Assembly (NCBI GenBank): GCA_903889135.1
Contig: CAISWF010000044.1
Span: 1-42,664 of the forward strand
Length of the DNA stretch: 42,664 bases
Direction of reading: 5' to 3'
Source: Candidatus Omnitrophota bacterium
GTDB taxonomy: Bacteria > Omnitrophota > Gorgyraeia > Pluralincolimonadales > Pluralincolimonadaceae
In this document: one piece after another, positions 11,099-20,135 of the stretch
How the letters are laid out: each line of letters starts with the position of its first letter
How positions within the stretch are numbered: the first letter of the stretch is position 1
The notes under the pieces: generated by a model
Databases searched by the model: none
What the model was told of the DNA's origin: nothing
What the model saw: only the letters and a program-made list of their open reading frames with translations
Program-made: the position numbers and the translations under genes

Positions 11099-11590
11099 TC
11101 AGCGGGCCGCGCCTTTATTTTCCGCCTTCGCGATGATCTCCAGTATCGTCCTGGCGGACTTTGTATAAAATTTGTAATTCTGGTCGGTGACGTTCAGGCT
11201 TTGCGTCGCCGCGGCCGCTTTCGAGAAATATTCCTTCGCCGTCTTAAGGTCACCGGATTTCCTGTATATCATTCCCGCGTCAAAAAGGGCTACGACGTCG
11301 TCCGGATCAAGCTCTATCGCCTTCTTATATTCGACGAGGGCCTTGTCGCCATGGCCCATGAGGCTGTAACAATACGCCAGCCAGTTCCTCGAGTCGACGT
11401 CTTTCCCATTGAAGGCAAGCGTCTTCTCGTAACTCCTCGCCGCGTCGGGTACGATCCTCGCGCTCATGTAATCACCTGCGCGCCTATAGAGCAGATACGC
11501 CAACGCCGGCCTCAGCGCGAAAAATAACCCCGCGATGAGCACCGCGCTGATAATATAATTACTTTTTTTTCCTATCTCTATCATTGTCAA
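11099..11590 (-). CDS. Membrane-anchored tetratricopeptide repeat protein
   Basis: N-terminal hydrophobic helix; TPR patterns (ALVEYKKAIELDPDDVVALFDAGMIY...AKEYFSKA). Confidence 0.85.
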   Translation of the reverse strand: MTMIEIGKKSNYIISAVLIAGLFFALRPALAYLLYRRAGDYMSARIVPDAARSYEKTLAFNGKDVDSRNWLAYCYSLMGHGDKALVEYKKAIELDPDDVVALFDAGMIYRKSGDLKTAKEYFSKAAAATQSLNVTDQNYKFYTKSARTILEIIAKAENKGAAR

Positions 11591-12291
11591 CCCAGTATAA
11601 AAAGGAATATGGCCAGCATTATGAGTATATTACCGCCTATTATCGAGGCGACCTTCTCCACGGACTCCACTTTGGGGCTGATATACTTGACGATGCCGCT
11701 GAATACGCCGACCAGTATTATCGGGAATGACTGGCCGAGCGCATAGGTGAAAAACAACAGGATGCAATAGATGAGGTTCTTTTTCAGGATCCCGAGGCTC
11801 GCGATGACCAAAAGGAAAGGTCCGCAGACCGGGCATGTCGGCGCCTCGAACAGGACAAAGACCAGCCCGAACAGGAAAGCGCCCAGCATCCCGCCGTGCC
11901 GTATCTGGAATGCGCGCGACGCGGCAGTCTCGAAAAACCTGAACCTGATAAGCCCTGCCATCTGCAGGCCGACCGGCAGGACGATGATGGCCGTGAGATA
12001 ATAAAAGTAGCGGCTCAACTTCATCATATTCCCGGCAAGTGTGCCTACGAGGGAGAACATGACGCCCATAAGCGTATAGCTCAGGATGAGGGCGGATACG
12101 AAAGACAAGGTCAGCAGGAACGCTTTCTTCCTGGATGAGGAGGCGCCGCCTATAAGGCCGACAAGCACCGGTATCCTGACTATGGTGCAGGAGGCGAGGC
12201 TGAGGACCGCGGCCGCCCAGAAAACGATAACGAAAGTCCAGGGCGAACCGTTTTTTATTATTTCCGTTATTGTGCCGACATCAAAAATCAT
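11587..12291 (-). CDS. ccdA: CcdA/DsbD-type transmembrane thiol-disulfide electron transporter (cytochrome c biogenesis family)
   Basis: About 6 TM helices; SLASCT and APTCPVCGP redox cysteines; YALGQSFP motif. Confidence 0.85.
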   Translation of the reverse strand: MIFDVGTITEIIKNGSPWTFVIVFWAAAVLSLASCTIVRIPVLVGLIGGASSSRKKAFLLTLSFVSALILSYTLMGVMFSLVGTLAGNMMKLSRYFYYLTAIIVLPVGLQMAGLIRFRFFETAASRAFQIRHGGMLGAFLFGLVFVLFEAPTCPVCGPFLLVIASLGILKKNLIYCILLFFTYALGQSFPIILVGVFSGIVKYISPKVESVEKVASIIGGNILIMLAIFLFILG

Positions 12292-12303
12292 GCGTTCATA
12301 TCC

Positions 12304-12843
12304 CTATAAAGCGAAGATGTACCCGGACAAGTCCAAATAGCGCATCGGCAGGTTTGTCGGCTCGCTTACGAAGAAAATGGACGCCCTGCCCTTGCCCGGC
12401 TCCGACATCTCGCAATGCGGCGTATCCTTAAGCATCGTGAAAACGCAGGTCTTATGATCGTTGTATTTGAGCCGCAGGAAAAGAAAATCCTTCGAAGCCA
12501 GTTTCCCTTTAACGGCCTTCCTCTCTATATCCTTATATTTAGTAAGGGCTATTAACATCAACACCGGTTTTAACTTCAGGCCCGTATTGTTTATCATTAT
12601 GAATTCCTCGTTGTCGGGATGAGAGTTGAGGGCAATCCTGCCGTCGTTATCCGACCTGACGCAGATCAACTTGTGGGTGCCGTGCTCGACCGGCGACGAA
12701 TAAATGGTATCGGCGAGGCCGTTTTTTACTGTCCTCCGCAACACCTTCGCCGTCGGCTTAAGCGTCCTTATAAGCCCCCTCGTCTCGAGGCGCAGCAGTA
12801 TCTTCTCGGTGACGTTTATGGGTTTGAGTTTTATCGTTCTCAT
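12304..12843 (-). CDS. Hypothetical basic protein, possibly a cupin-like metal-binding fold
   Basis: 179 aa ORF coupled to its neighbours (TGATG overlap); NSHPDNEEF...TPHCE resembles cupin metal ligands. Confidence 0.65.
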   Translation of the reverse strand: MRTIKLKPINVTEKILLRLETRGLIRTLKPTAKVLRRTVKNGLADTIYSSPVEHGTHKLICVRSDNDGRIALNSHPDNEEFIMINNTGLKLKPVLMLIALTKYKDIERKAVKGKLASKDFLFLRLKYNDHKTCVFTMLKDTPHCEMSEPGKGRASIFFVSEPTNLPMRYLDLSGYIFAL

Positions 12844-13205
12844 CAGCCCAAAAACTTTTTGAGTTCAGCCGTTAGTTGTTCCTGGTTGAACGGCTTGATA
12901 AGATACCCGTCCGCGCCGCAAGTTTTGACATTTTCATTGATCTCGTTCGTGCTTGCCGTAAAAAGTATGATGGGAATATCTTTCAATTTTGGGTCCGCTT
13001 TTACTCTCCTGCAGGCTTCCAGGCCGTCTATCTCGGGCAGCCGCAGGTCCAGTAAGACGAGATCGGGCCTTTCGCTTTCGATAAGTGACAACGCCTGATT
13101 TCCATCCGTGCCGACAATAACGTTATAACCCATCTTCTTCAACCTGAAACTCGTGACCCTTACCAGATCCGGCTCGTCATCAACTATAAGTATCTTCTTA
13201 GACAC
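12843..13205 (-). CDS. Single-domain response regulator (receiver)
   Basis: KILIVDD, LLDLRLPEIDG, FTA, KPF. GTG at 13205 after AGGAGG, overlapping the kinase stop. Confidence 0.92.
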   Translation of the reverse strand: MSKKILIVDDEPDLVRVTSFRLKKMGYNVIVGTDGNQALSLIESERPDLVLLDLRLPEIDGLEACRRVKADPKLKDIPIILFTASTNEINENVKTCGADGYLIKPFNQEQLTAELKKFLG

Positions 13206-15552
13206 GTGAACCCCTCCTTTCAATGATCGGCAGATTGAAAAAGAAAGTCGTCCCTTCGCCAAAAACCGACTCCACCCATATCTTTCCGCCGTGGATCTCT
13301 ATTATCTCCTTGGATATTGCCAATCCCAGGCCCGTTCCGCCGGGCTTCCTCTCCGTTCCTTTCTCAAGCTGCTCAAAACGCTGGAAGAGCCTCGGGATGT
13401 CTCCCTCGCGTATGCCCGGCCCTGTATCACGGATTGAAACCGCCACTGCGTTCGGCTCCTTGCTTGTAGAAATGATCACCTTCCCTTTATCGGTAAATTT
13501 TATCGCGTTGTTGATGATATTAGTCATGACTTGTATTATCTTGTCCCTGTCGAACATCACTTTCGGCAATCCCTCGGCCAGTTTCAATTCGACGGTCAGA
13601 TCTTTACCTTTTACCATCTTCCCCATGGCCTTGTATACTTCTTTAACGACCTCATTTATGTCATTAAGCGCTAAGTTTAAGGACAGCTTGCCCCCTTCAA
13701 GTTTCTGGAGGTCCAGGACGTCATTTATGAGCCTGGCCAGCCTGTCAACGTTCCTCTTCGCTATGCCCAGGAATTCTTTCTGGTCGTCATTGAGAGGACC
13801 GGTCGTTCCGTCAACGACAAGCGCGAGCCCTTCCTTCATAGCGGTAAGCGGCGTCCTCAACTCATGGGACACAAGGCTCACGAAGTCCGATTTTAGCTTC
13901 ATGCTCTCCTGCAATTTCTTTTCCGCTTCTCTCTTTGCGGTGGCGTCACGGAAGATCAGGACAACCCCGATAAAATTTCCTTTTGCATCCTTAATAGGAG
14001 CTGCGCTGTCATCGATAGGCACTCTTCTCCCGTCCTTGGCGATCAATATGGTATGATTTGCCAACCCGACGATAGTGCCTTCGCGGATAACCTTGTCGAC
14101 GGGACTCTCCACTTTCTGCCCCGTTTGTTCATTTATAATATTAAAGACAGTTTTTAACGGCGTACATTTGGCCTCATCCTCTTTCCATCCGGTCAATAAC
14201 CGGGCGACGGGATTAAGGAAGATGACACAACCGTCTTTGTCGGTAGCTATGACCCCGTCCCCGATGCTTTTTATTGTGGTAGAAAGCCACGCCTCGCTCC
14301 TACGCAATTCTTCCTCAGCCTTTTTACGGTAGGTGATGTCGCGGGCGATTGTGGCAAAACCGGATATAATCCCCTTATCATCCTTAATGGGAGAAACGGA
14401 TATGGAAACATCTATACAGTGACTATCCTTTTTACAGCGCATGGTCTCAAAGTGCTCGATACGCTCGCCCCGTTCAAGCCTTTTATACATCTGCAGCAAT
14501 TCATCCGGCCTATCCGGAGGGATGAGGATAGCTATATTACGCCCTTTGATCTCTCCGCTGGAATAGCCGTACATCCGTTCGGCGCCCTTATTCCAGCTTA
14601 GAATAGTACCATCTAAGGCCTTGCCTATTATCGCGTCATCGGATGATTCCACTATCGCCGCTAACAGGCGCAATGCCTCTCCACCTTTTTTTCTTATAAC
14701 ATCAACCATATCCAATTTGCGGCAGAGGAAATAGAGATACAGGCTTATAACAATGATGTAGGCTAGCGTCATGAGCGCTATGCTGTTCTCGTTGCTCATT
14801 TTTAGTTTTTCCCAACAAAGCTCAAGCCAACCTAACAGTACCGTGATAAAAATAACGGTAGGATATATCGCGCGCATGATCATGCCGCCGGAGCCGTCGC
14901 TGGTTACTGTTTTCATGACACCGCGCTCCGGTCGGGACCAGAGGAAGCAAAAAGTAACCAGGAGGAATAACATTACGGCATACGATGAGATGGCGGTGCT
15001 AAGGCCGGGCTCTAAATACCACAGATTCGCAGCGTAAATAAACCCTAATAATGTCATACCGGAAATGAGGCCTTGCATAATGACCAGCGACTGGGCCAGA
15101 TATGATAAAAATTCCCCTTTTGCCTCAAGCAAGGACAGCGCAACGGCTATCAGCATAAAGTTGATCGAAGCGGGCAATGCCATCCTGTTGGGGCTGCTCG
15201 TTAAAACGGCGTTAACAGGTTCTCTAAATAAAAGCTGATCTATGCCTAAATTTACGCCCGAGATATACTCATAGAACGTCAGGGATGCTATCAGAAATAC
15301 CAAAAAAGCGGCTAAATGCGCGATAAAGCGCCCTAAACGGCTGCCTATCCGTTTTTCCTGTAACAACCATAGAGATAAACCGGTCAGCATAAAACAGATC
15401 ACCGCGTTCGTTTTGATTTGGGGCAAGACGGGGGATAAGCTCTTCAGCGCGGTGATATCAAAAGCCCAGCCGAATAACATGGCTAAGCCCCACAGGAATA
15501 TAATAGCGCTCATCCATTCCGAGGCCGTCTTAAATAGATCAGTCCGTTTCAT
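13198..15552 (-). CDS. Multi-TM, dual-PAS sensor histidine kinase
   Basis: Multi-pass N-terminus, two PAS/PAC domains, SHELRTPL H-box, NAIKFT, DTGPGI, GTGLGL. Confidence 0.96.
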   Translation of the reverse strand: MKRTDLFKTASEWMSAIIFLWGLAMLFGWAFDITALKSLSPVLPQIKTNAVICFMLTGLSLWLLQEKRIGSRLGRFIAHLAAFLVFLIASLTFYEYISGVNLGIDQLLFREPVNAVLTSSPNRMALPASINFMLIAVALSLLEAKGEFLSYLAQSLVIMQGLISGMTLLGFIYAANLWYLEPGLSTAISSYAVMLFLLVTFCFLWSRPERGVMKTVTSDGSGGMIMRAIYPTVIFITVLLGWLELCWEKLKMSNENSIALMTLAYIIVISLYLYFLCRKLDMVDVIRKKGGEALRLLAAIVESSDDAIIGKALDGTILSWNKGAERMYGYSSGEIKGRNIAILIPPDRPDELLQMYKRLERGERIEHFETMRCKKDSHCIDVSISVSPIKDDKGIISGFATIARDITYRKKAEEELRRSEAWLSTTIKSIGDGVIATDKDGCVIFLNPVARLLTGWKEDEAKCTPLKTVFNIINEQTGQKVESPVDKVIREGTIVGLANHTILIAKDGRRVPIDDSAAPIKDAKGNFIGVVLIFRDATAKREAEKKLQESMKLKSDFVSLVSHELRTPLTAMKEGLALVVDGTTGPLNDDQKEFLGIAKRNVDRLARLINDVLDLQKLEGGKLSLNLALNDINEVVKEVYKAMGKMVKGKDLTVELKLAEGLPKVMFDRDKIIQVMTNIINNAIKFTDKGKVIISTSKEPNAVAVSIRDTGPGIREGDIPRLFQRFEQLEKGTERKPGGTGLGLAISKEIIEIHGGKIWVESVFGEGTTFFFNLPIIERRGSRV

Positions 15553-15948
15553 CTAGGAATTATCCTTTTCCTTTAACTTTCTGTGTATGTCCAAGGTCGT
15601 CTTTAAAGCGCTTTGGGAATCGGAATATTCGCTCAACTTGGGTATGAACGCGTTCACCATGAGATCTTCGGTGCCTTGGATCACTTTCTCCTCAAGGTGA
15701 GCGGTAAACATGATCACCGGGATCTTCACGTCTATCTTCCTTATTTCCTTGAGGGTCTTTATGCCGTCCATCACAGGCATCATGTAGTCGAGTATGGCCA
15801 GGTCGGCCTTCTTCTGTTTGACGGCTTCCAGCGCTTCCTTCCCTCCGGAGACAGGCATGACTTCATAACCCCACGATTCGATCCTGCGGCCCATGACCGT
15901 GAGAAAATCCTGCTCGTCATCAACAAGCAATACCCTGAATTTCGGCAT
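15553..15948 (-). CDS. Single-domain response regulator (receiver)
   Basis: VLLVDDE, ILDYMMPVMDG, FTAH; ATG 15948 after GAGGAG. Confidence 0.9.
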   Translation of the reverse strand: MPKFRVLLVDDEQDFLTVMGRRIESWGYEVMPVSGGKEALEAVKQKKADLAILDYMMPVMDGIKTLKEIRKIDVKIPVIMFTAHLEEKVIQGTEDLMVNAFIPKLSEYSDSQSALKTTLDIHRKLKEKDNS

Positions 15949-15949
15949 T

Positions 15950-16618
15950 TTATATCTCCTCTTCCCTTTTTTCATAAAATTTCTTTATCGCTTTGACGGC
16001 GTCTTTAGGCTCATCCGCGATCGTGAAGAGCTCGAGGTCCCCTTTGGATATCGCCCCGCTCTTGAGGACCGTCGACTTCAGCCAGTCTATCATTCCTTTC
16101 CAGTACTCGCTTCCCATTATGACCACGGGAAATTTCTGTATGCGCTGCGTCTGGATGAGGGTGATGGCCTCGGTGAATTCGTCGAGGGTCCCGTATCCGC
16201 CGGGCATTATTACGAAGGCCTTCGCGTATTTTACGAACATGACTTTCCTTACGAAGAAATAGCGGAAATCAAGGAGGGTGTCCACATATTTGTTGGCTTT
16301 TTGTTCGGACGGTATCTGGATATTCAGGCCTATCGAGAGGCCGTTCGCCCTTTTAGCGCCTTTATTGGCGGCTTCCATTATCGCCGGGCCGCTGCCGGTT
16401 ATGATAGCGTACCCTTCCTTCGCCAGTAGGTAGGCGGTCTCCTCCGCCATCTTGTAGTATTTATTTCCGGGCTTGAAACGGGCGGAACCGAATATCGACA
16501 CGGCCTGGCCGACCTGGGAGAGGGTCTCGAACCCATCCACGAATTCGGACATAATCCTGAATATCCGCCAGGTATCTTCCTGCGTGAAATCATCCTTGAC
16601 GGTGGAGTTATTGCGCAT
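15950..16618 (-). CDS. LOG family (TIGR00730-type Rossmann-fold) nucleotide phosphoribohydrolase
   Basis: SIFGSAR, GSGPAIMEAAN, FRYFFVRK, PGGYGTLDE signature. Confidence 0.93.
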   Translation of the reverse strand: MRNNSTVKDDFTQEDTWRIFRIMSEFVDGFETLSQVGQAVSIFGSARFKPGNKYYKMAEETAYLLAKEGYAIITGSGPAIMEAANKGAKRANGLSIGLNIQIPSEQKANKYVDTLLDFRYFFVRKVMFVKYAKAFVIMPGGYGTLDEFTEAITLIQTQRIQKFPVVIMGSEYWKGMIDWLKSTVLKSGAISKGDLELFTIADEPKDAVKAIKKFYEKREEEI

Positions 16619-16653
16619 CGCGTGCCTCCTTATTAAGGAAAGGTTGGATTCTG

Positions 16654-16689
16654 TTGATTTATTGTATCAAAGAGTAGTAAAATAGGCAA
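16654..16689. promoter_or_regulatory. Overlapping divergent sigma70-type promoters (LOG operon and pgi)
   Basis: Minus: TTGCCT-17 bp-TACAAT with TG (16689-16661). Plus: TTGATT-18 bp-TAAAAT (16654-16683). Confidence 0.5.
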
Positions 16690-16713
16690 ACCAAAAACAG
16701 AAAGGGATTTGCA

Positions 16714-18192
16714 ATGAAAGGTCTGAAATTTGATTTTAATAACATGTTTGGTTCCAACGTCGGGAAAGAGCACGGTGTAGAAGAAACGGAATTGAACGCC
16801 CTCTCCTACTCCGTAAAAGAGGCGCACGAACACCTGGTTTCGGTGCTTGCCGACAGCCGCAACAGGGTAAGTTTGGGCCTCGAATGGACGCGCCTGCCTT
16901 TCCAGGACAAGAAGGAAATAAAGATTATCCAAAAGCTCGGGGATGAGATAGCGAAAAAATATGAGAACGTGATATCCCTGGGCATAGGCGGTTCGTATCT
17001 CGGCTTGAAGGCGGCGCAGGATGCGCTATGCTCTCCCTATTATAATGAATTCGCCGGCGCAAGGAACGGGCGGCCGAGGATATATTTCGAAGGGAATAAC
17101 CTCGACCCGCACACCTTGTCGGTCCTGCTAAAGAATTTAAACCCGAAAAAGACTTTTGTTATCGTCATCTCCAAATCGGGCGAGACAACCGAGACGAGAA
17201 CCGCCTTTATCGCCGTAGAGAACTGGCTTAAGAAGAGTGCGGGCAGGAATTACGGCAGGCAGATATTCGCGATAACTGACCCGCAATCCGGGAGCCTGCG
17301 TAAGATCGTCGACGAGCGCCAGAAGAAGGACAAGCTCAGCTTCAGGAACCTGCCGCTGATCAAAGGCGTGGGAGGAAGGTTCTCGGAATTCAATATGGGC
17401 CTGCTGCATCTCGCGATAATCGGTGTTGATATACAAAAAGTCCTAAACGGCGCCGCGGATATGCACAAAAGGTGCAGCTCACCCGACCTCTTCAAGAACC
17501 CCGCGTATATGTACGCGGCCCTGCATACAATACTCTACAGGATGAAAGGCAAGGATATAGCGATAGTCATGCCTTTTTCTGAGACGCTGAAATCCACGGC
17601 CGATTGGTACATACAGATGCTCGCGGAGAGCCTCGGGAAAAAATACGCCAGGAAAATAATCAAGGCGCGGGACGGCCGCGAGGAATGGATAAACGATACG
17701 GGCCGCGTAGTCAATGTCGGACGCACTCCTATCCCGGCGCGCGGGACGAACGACCTGCATTCCATCCAGCAGAACAACATTGAGGGGATGAATAATAAGG
17801 CCGTAACTTTCATCCGAGTGGAAAAATTTAACAGCGAGATCAAGGTCCCCGCCGGCGGAGAAAGCGGCATCCTTGCCGGAAAAAGATTCTCGGAGATGAT
17901 CACGCTCGCCCAGGAAGCGACAGAGTGGGCGCTCGTAAGGGAATCGAGGCCGAGCTGCACTATAATTATGCCCGAGGCCTCGGCTTACAATTGGGGCGCG
18001 CTCCTGTTCTTCTTCGAGATGGCCACTGCTTTCGAGGGGGAACTGCTGGGGGTCAACGCCTTCGACCAGCCGGGCGTGGAAGGATACAAGAACTACATGT
18101 ATTACAAACTCGGCAAATCCGGCCTCTCTGAAAAGGTCGCTGACGAAATAAAGAACAACCCTCTCCTCAAGGACCCGAAATTCATCCTTTAA
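16714..18192 (+). CDS. pgi: Glucose-6-phosphate isomerase
   Basis: LGIGGSYLG, VISKSGETTET, VGGRFS, QMLAESLGK, DLHS, NAFDQPGVEGYK. Confidence 0.96.
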   Translation: MKGLKFDFNNMFGSNVGKEHGVEETELNALSYSVKEAHEHLVSVLADSRNRVSLGLEWTRLPFQDKKEIKIIQKLGDEIAKKYENVISLGIGGSYLGLKAAQDALCSPYYNEFAGARNGRPRIYFEGNNLDPHTLSVLLKNLNPKKTFVIVISKSGETTETRTAFIAVENWLKKSAGRNYGRQIFAITDPQSGSLRKIVDERQKKDKLSFRNLPLIKGVGGRFSEFNMGLLHLAIIGVDIQKVLNGAADMHKRCSSPDLFKNPAYMYAALHTILYRMKGKDIAIVMPFSETLKSTADWYIQMLAESLGKKYARKIIKARDGREEWINDTGRVVNVGRTPIPARGTNDLHSIQQNNIEGMNNKAVTFIRVEKFNSEIKVPAGGESGILAGKRFSEMITLAQEATEWALVRESRPSCTIIMPEASAYNWGALLFFFEMATAFEGELLGVNAFDQPGVEGYKNYMYYKLGKSGLSEKVADEIKNNPLLKDPKFIL

Positions 18193-19127
18193 ACGGGGAA
18201 GATAGATCGCCTGATAAGCGAGGTCAGGCCTTTTTCGAAATCTTTCGGCGGACCGATGAAAGATAATCCTACGAAGTAGAGGCCTCCGCTGGATCTCTCT
18301 TTATGCATAACGCTGCACTTTGCCTCGGCGGGTTTTTCATCCGGGGAAAATTGGATCTTGCATAAGAAATCCTTGCCATCGATATCTTTTGGGATCGAGA
18401 CCAGCATCCCGGTCCGTGAAATGTTCATTATCTTCACGACCGGAAGCCCGGCCTCCTCCTGCGGGCCCACCATCTCCGCCTTTACGCCGGGAAGAGGTTT
18501 TACCCTTGGAGAGTTGCGTCTTTCTACTACTATCCTGTCACGTCCCGCCGTCTTGGCTTCGTATAACGCCTTGTCCGCCACACTTACCAGGTCCTGGTAG
18601 TTCTCGCCGTTCAGGGGAAAAGACGATATCCCGGCGCTGAAATTAATGGTAGAGTTGACACTATTATCGGAGATCAACAGCGGAAGGGGGATCTGATTAA
18701 CGCTCTCCTTTACCCTTTCAAGGACGACAAGGGCCTCATCGCGATCCGCCTCGGGGAGCACTATCAGGAATTCTTCCCCTCCGTACCTGCCTACCGTGTC
18801 GATGTTCCTTACGTTCTTTTTAAGCGTTTGTGCGAAGATCTTCAGGACGAGGTTTCCCGCGGAATGGCCGCGCTTGTCGTTAATTTTTTTGAAATTGTCT
18901 ATGTCCAGCATTATGACGGCTACTTCCTTATGGTAACGCTTGCATCGGGATATCTCGTTCTCGAGTATCTCGGTTATCCATCGGAAATTGACGCAACCGG
19001 TAAGCTCGTCATAATGGGCGAGTTCGCGGTACTTGTCCTTAAGCCTCCTCTCTTTCACTACGAAATAGAGGGTCGCAAGGAAGAACAGCACCAGGTAAAA
19101 ATAATGTATCGGTATATATTTTTCCAT
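18189..19127 (-). CDS. Membrane-anchored diguanylate cyclase (GGDEF) with a C-terminal PilZ domain
   Basis: One N-terminal TM; DELTG, DIDNFK, RNID I-site, RYGGEEF; then ERRNSPR (RxxxR) and NISRTG (D/NxSxxG). Confidence 0.92.
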   Translation of the reverse strand: MEKYIPIHYFYLVLFFLATLYFVVKERRLKDKYRELAHYDELTGCVNFRWITEILENEISRCKRYHKEVAVIMLDIDNFKKINDKRGHSAGNLVLKIFAQTLKKNVRNIDTVGRYGGEEFLIVLPEADRDEALVVLERVKESVNQIPLPLLISDNSVNSTINFSAGISSFPLNGENYQDLVSVADKALYEAKTAGRDRIVVERRNSPRVKPLPGVKAEMVGPQEEAGLPVVKIMNISRTGMLVSIPKDIDGKDFLCKIQFSPDEKPAEAKCSVMHKERSSGGLYFVGLSFIGPPKDFEKGLTSLIRRSIFPV

Positions 19128-19134
19128 TTCCTGC

Positions 19135-20106
19135 CTATTCTACCGGGATTACGATCTTCGTCCCGGCCTTGAGCTTATTCGGGTCTCCTATCTTATTTTT
19201 GTTGATCTCATAAAGATATTTCCACTTAGAGGGATTGCCGAGTTCTTTTCTCGCGATGGAAGAAAGCGTATCGCCTTTCTGCACTATATACTCCCTGGTG
19301 GAGACTTTTATTTTGCTCTCGACGTTCTTCTCTTCCTCGACGACATATTTCCCCTCTTCTACCTTCGTGGCCTGATCGAGCTGGGTTTCGCCGGGGGCCG
19401 GGATCATTACCTCCTCGACCTCGGCTATCATGAACTGGGCGTTGCGGTCCTTCTGCATCCCGACCAGGTCCGTGACCGGGGCGATGGCGTCGAGCTTTCC
19501 GCGGCTTACTATCTTGATACGGCTGTCAGGTATGCCGTTCTTGAGCATGAAATCTTTCACCGCGTCGGCGCGCTGCCTTCCCAGTTTCTCATTGTATTTT
19601 TCCGTCCCGCGGATGTCGCAGTTACCGGTTATAAGGATGCTGCAATCGGGATTATGCTTCAGCGTCCATACAGCCTCATTGAGGATCTTCTTGACGTCAA
19701 CGCGCAAATCGGATTTATTATAATCAAAGTAGATCTTTACGTTCTTTTTTATGTTCTTGATAAGCAGTGACGGCCTCAATTCCTGCGGCTTGGGAGGCGG
19801 AAGCTCTTCAGATTTGTAATCAAATATTATCTTATACAGGTATATGTAGCCCCTGTTCCCCCAAGGCGTGGCCGTACCGGGCTGCTGCGGCCACCACCAG
19901 TATCCTCCCATATCGGCATCTTTTATAGGAGCGGGTTTCGCGTCCGTAGGCCACCACTGGAACTGCTTCTGTAATTCCTGCATCTCGGGCTCGCGGTTGG
20001 CCTTCCTCTGCGCCCTGCCTATGAAGAGGCTTGAGGCAAATAAGGCCGGCGCGGTCATAATTATCAGCGCGATCAATACGTACCTGGACAACATCCTTTT
20101 CGACAT
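19135..20106 (-). CDS. Exported OmpA-like peptidoglycan-binding protein with a C-terminal LysM domain
   Basis: Signal sequence; IYFDYNKS...GNCDIRGTEKYNEKLGRQRA...SRGK...DRNA (OmpA_C); YIVQKGDTLSSIA...N...KLKAGTKIVIP (LysM). Confidence 0.92.
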   Translation of the reverse strand: MSKRMLSRYVLIALIIMTAPALFASSLFIGRAQRKANREPEMQELQKQFQWWPTDAKPAPIKDADMGGYWWWPQQPGTATPWGNRGYIYLYKIIFDYKSEELPPPKPQELRPSLLIKNIKKNVKIYFDYNKSDLRVDVKKILNEAVWTLKHNPDCSILITGNCDIRGTEKYNEKLGRQRADAVKDFMLKNGIPDSRIKIVSRGKLDAIAPVTDLVGMQKDRNAQFMIAEVEEVMIPAPGETQLDQATKVEEGKYVVEEEKNVESKIKVSTREYIVQKGDTLSSIARKELGNPSKWKYLYEINKNKIGDPNKLKAGTKIVIPVE

Positions 20107-20135
20107 TTGAGCTTCCTCCTTTAAAATGTTTTAGC

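Noticed and set aside
16633-16932. 99-aa minus-strand ORF
   Set aside because: Antisense to pgi and spans the divergent promoter region.
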